The position numbers were made by a program, and so were the translations under genes. From the sequence record DRR723986_5359: 64,000 bases of DNA; one strand, written 5' to 3'. This document shows, one piece after another, positions 61,408 through 64,000 of this stretch. The stretch's first letter is position 1; each line of letters opens with the position of its first letter. The notes below the pieces were generated by a model, which made no database searches, was not told where the DNA came from, and worked only from the letters and a program-made list of their open reading frames with translations.

Positions 61408-62265
61408 TTAGCTGAAATACTTTCGAAGGATTCCTCCTTTTATATTATTAACATCATACTCTATTACGAATGAATTACTGTCAATTTCGTTTATGATTTC
61501 TTCTAGTTTTCTTATATCGATTCGATTGATGACTGTTTTGATAATAAAGTAATCTTCATTCAATCCTTTTTTTCCGTATCCCCTTTCACCTTTAAGAATA
61601 GTCATGCCAACTCCTAGTTGTTGAAAGATGGCTTTTTCTAATTCTTCACTTTTATCCGATATAATCATTAGCCCAATGAAATCTTCAAATCCGGCTATCA
61701 TTAAATCAATGACTTTTGCCGTTACAACGAAGGTGAGGATGGAATACATGATGTTTTCTAAGGGTAAGATGAAGGCGGCAATACTGAAAAGTATGACGTT
61801 AAATAAGAGAACGATTTTTCCAACACTAATACCGAATCGGTTGTTTAGAAAAACACCTAACAGCTCAGCACCATCCAAAACAGCACCATTTCGAATGGCT
61901 AGTCCAATTCCTGCACCTAAAAACCCGCCACCGAAAAAAGCAATGAGCAGTTTATCATTGGTGATTACCGGAAATGATTCGATCTCAATAATAAAAGACA
62001 AAGCAATTATACTGATCAGTGATTTTAATAAGATCTTCTTGGAGACTGTAAAATAGCCAAGAATTAAAAAAGGCGCACTAACCGCCAATAAAAATATGGA
62101 AGTGTTTGCGCCTAATACACTGTGCAGAAGAATGGCGATTCCTGTTGCTCCTCCATCTAAAAAATCGTTAGGTATTAAAAATGCCTTCAAGCCAAAACTT
62201 GCCAAAAAAATGCATACAGCAAGTTGAAAAGTAGGCCGTATAAAATTGTTGAATGTCGTTTTCAC
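61408..62265 (-). CDS. YitT family membrane protein
   Basis: FLIPNDFLDGGATG, GAGIGLAIRNG..LDG, C-terminal DUF2179-like domain. Confidence 0.9.
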   Translation of the reverse strand: MKTTFNNFIRPTFQLAVCIFLASFGLKAFLIPNDFLDGGATGIAILLHSVLGANTSIFLLAVSAPFLILGYFTVSKKILLKSLISIIALSFIIEIESFPVITNDKLLIAFFGGGFLGAGIGLAIRNGAVLDGAELLGVFLNNRFGISVGKIVLLFNVILFSIAAFILPLENIMYSILTFVVTAKVIDLMIAGFEDFIGLMIISDKSEELEKAIFQQLGVGMTILKGERGYGKKGLNEDYFIIKTVINRIDIRKLEEIINEIDSNSFVIEYDVNNIKGGILRKYFS

Positions 62266-62268
62266 TTT

Positions 62269-63672
62269 TTATGATATTCTCCTATAAACAGGACGTTTGC
62301 TTTCTAGAATTGATTGAATGCGATCTGGTACACATTGCTTCCAATTATCGTTTCCTGAAATCAAGGAATGGATGACATTGTTTGACCTGATATTCAGCAC
62401 GTTTTTGTCAACGTTCGGAATATCTTTAATGCGATCGGTGTTTTTCAAAAAGGCCAATAGCGTCTGAATTCCGATATCGAGATACAAATCTTTTAGTGTT
62501 CTCATCTCCTTGTTCGAATTTAGCTCCGGGAAACAGAGGATGAAATTATTTCCTGCAACCATAGCACTTAGAAGTTCTAAAGTCTGTTTCTCGCTTTTAC
62601 CATTGTTTGGAGATAGGGCCTTTTTTAAATTATCCATTCCCAATACTAAGTTTAAACTTTTTAGTTTGACGAACTTATTGATGAATGAAATCAGCTCATG
62701 ATGGAACTGAAAATTGGTAATTAAAATTGGATAACCTATCGCAGATATTACTTCAGTTCTATTCAAAAAGTCTTTTATACTTAGGTCTTTTTTGTTTTGA
62801 TAGCAGTTGAAAGTAATTTCTGCAATAGGAATTATATCTTGATTTCTTACATTTTCTGTTGATTGAAGGAGTTGTTTGGCTTTTTCAAACATTTCCATGG
62901 TTACTTTGGTTGGTGGATTAAAACGACCACGAACAAGCACGACATCTTTTTTATAAAGTGCATTTAAAGGTTGAAGAATCTCTCCGTTTGGGCCTATCAT
63001 TACCATTTTCGTCAAGTTGTGTTTTACCAAAAGTAGAGTCAATTCTTTACTGTAACTTGACGAAATATTATTGCCAGTTAATTCGATATAGTTGACTTCT
63101 AACTTATCCTGAGGAATATTGTCTTTTAGGCTTTTAATAAAGAGTTCTGAGCCATTCATGAATTCATAAACACCGTAAATTAAATTCACGCCCAAAATCC
63201 CGATTAATTCTTGTTGCTCAATAACGTCAGTAGTGTGCAAAACCACGTGTATTTTACATTGAATAGGTCGGCTGTTGGGTCTAGTTTGAAATTTAATCCC
63301 CATCCAACCTTGCCCCTGGTTTGCTTTTTGAAAAGCCGTGGTTTCTATTGTGTTGGCATAGGCAAAAAAATGAGCAACATCAGATTTTGAAGGAATATTT
63401 GATATTAAGTTGTTGTATTCAACTTGAAGCATATTTTCTAATCTTTCTTTACTGACATAGCGTTGAATTTTTCCGTAGGTTGAGTCGCTTATCATCATGT
63501 CATAGGCACAAATACTCTTTGCAACGGTACCTGAAGCAGCTCCTGCCTTGTAAAAATGATTGCTTACTTCTTGTCCCGCACCAATTTCGGCGAATACTCC
63601 ATAAATACTTGGTTGAAGATTCAGTTTTAATGCCTTTTCGCGGCAGCTTAGTATGTGATTTATAGTTTTCAT
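62269..63672 (-). CDS. NadD-like (nucleotidyltransferase-fold) conserved protein, divergent
   Basis: KAL.LNL...YG.FAEIGAGQEV, GWMGIKFQ, LYKK..L..RG.F.P.T, W...VP. Confidence 0.75.
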   Translation of the reverse strand: MKTINHILSCREKALKLNLQPSIYGVFAEIGAGQEVSNHFYKAGAASGTVAKSICAYDMMISDSTYGKIQRYVSKERLENMLQVEYNNLISNIPSKSDVAHFFAYANTIETTAFQKANQGQGWMGIKFQTRPNSRPIQCKIHVVLHTTDVIEQQELIGILGVNLIYGVYEFMNGSELFIKSLKDNIPQDKLEVNYIELTGNNISSSYSKELTLLLVKHNLTKMVMIGPNGEILQPLNALYKKDVVLVRGRFNPPTKVTMEMFEKAKQLLQSTENVRNQDIIPIAEITFNCYQNKKDLSIKDFLNRTEVISAIGYPILITNFQFHHELISFINKFVKLKSLNLVLGMDNLKKALSPNNGKSEKQTLELLSAMVAGNNFILCFPELNSNKEMRTLKDLYLDIGIQTLLAFLKNTDRIKDIPNVDKNVLNIRSNNVIHSLISGNDNWKQCVPDRIQSILESKRPVYRRIS

Positions 63673-63690
63673 ATGTTTCAGTGTTGTCAA

Positions 63691-63999
63691 TTATCTATTG
63701 AGGGAAATTTTGAATGATGCCTCATCAGGATTATCAGAAAATTTTGGCATACCAGGTAAGTTCATTTTGATGTTGTTATTTGTTCTCATTGAAGGGTTGA
63801 TTAACTCATCTCCAATTAAAATTTTAAACAAGGATTGTTGCTGATAAGGAGCCACCTTTTCTCTGTCTAAATGATTGCCTTCAAAATGGACGAGCTGAAG
63901 TGAGGGTATTTTTTGCAATACGTTAAAAGTGTATTCGAAATGCAAAAAAGGCTGCTGATCTAAATAAATTGTATTGAGTTTATGAAGGTTTGATAAATA
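63691..63999 (-). CDS. leucine-rich repeat protein, 3' part (continues beyond window)
   Basis: Frame is open to the window edge: YLSNLHKLNTIYLDQQPFL...LQKIPSLQLVHFEGNHL fits LxxLxLxxN. The 84-aa ORF call is truncated. Confidence 0.65.
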   Translation of the reverse strand, partial: YLSNLHKLNTIYLDQQPFLHFEYTFNVLQKIPSLQLVHFEGNHLDREKVAPYQQQSLFKILIGDELINPSMRTNNNIKMNLPGMPKFSDNPDEASFKISLNR

Positions 64000-64000
64000 C

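Noticed and set aside
2492-63665. Short antisense or nested ORFs in the track (e.g. 2492-2755, 50283-50618, 60556-60897, 61628-62056)
   Set aside because: They are shadows of well-supported genes and carry no motifs of their own.
62269-63690. TonB-dependent receptor (common database label for this family)
   Set aside because: No signal peptide, plug or barrel; the sequence looks alpha/beta.
63691-63945. Stand-alone 84-aa protein
   Set aside because: The frame stays open to the window edge, so it is the end of a longer LRR protein.

Overview
AT-rich bacterial chromosome segment with clear Bacteroidota signatures: TAnnTTTG -7 promoter boxes, T9SS C-terminal domains, DUF4290-murA and pyrC-DUF4296 gene order. 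A marine Flavobacteriales/Crocinitomicaceae-like source is my guess and is not proven. Positions 1-33 kb carry mostly housekeeping and envelope genes: murA start, YyaL, M1 peptidase, TonB, kynU/kmo, a RidA-family deaminase, hemL, a secreted WD40-caspase, gcvP, T9SS cargo, pyrC and a MotB/OmpA lipoprotein. Positions 33.3-58.8 kb hold a flexirubin-type aryl-polyene (type II PKS/FAS) cluster: an FjTAL-like tyrosine ammonia-lyase, aryl-CoA ligase, 3 KS plus 2 CLF-like subunits, 2 ACPs, KR, 2 DH, TE, acyltransferases, GT2, LolA-like protein, MMPL fusion and a WxWxIP halogenase. It lacks darA/darB and the ABC transporter within the window, is split into several promoter-bearing units, and is interrupted by unrelated genes. 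One of those genes is bracketed by an exact 26-bp promoter-containing direct repeat. Positions 58.9-64 kb look accessory (lipase, SPFH, YitT, NadD-like protein, LRR protein cut by the window edge). Non-coding highlights are a structured Flavo-1-like element, three sigma54-type promoters, a 4x 11-bp phased ATTAGA array, and a lipoprotein that appears to need an AUU start. No tRNA, rRNA, CRISPR array or transposase was seen. All family calls come from motif recognition by eye, not from database searches.
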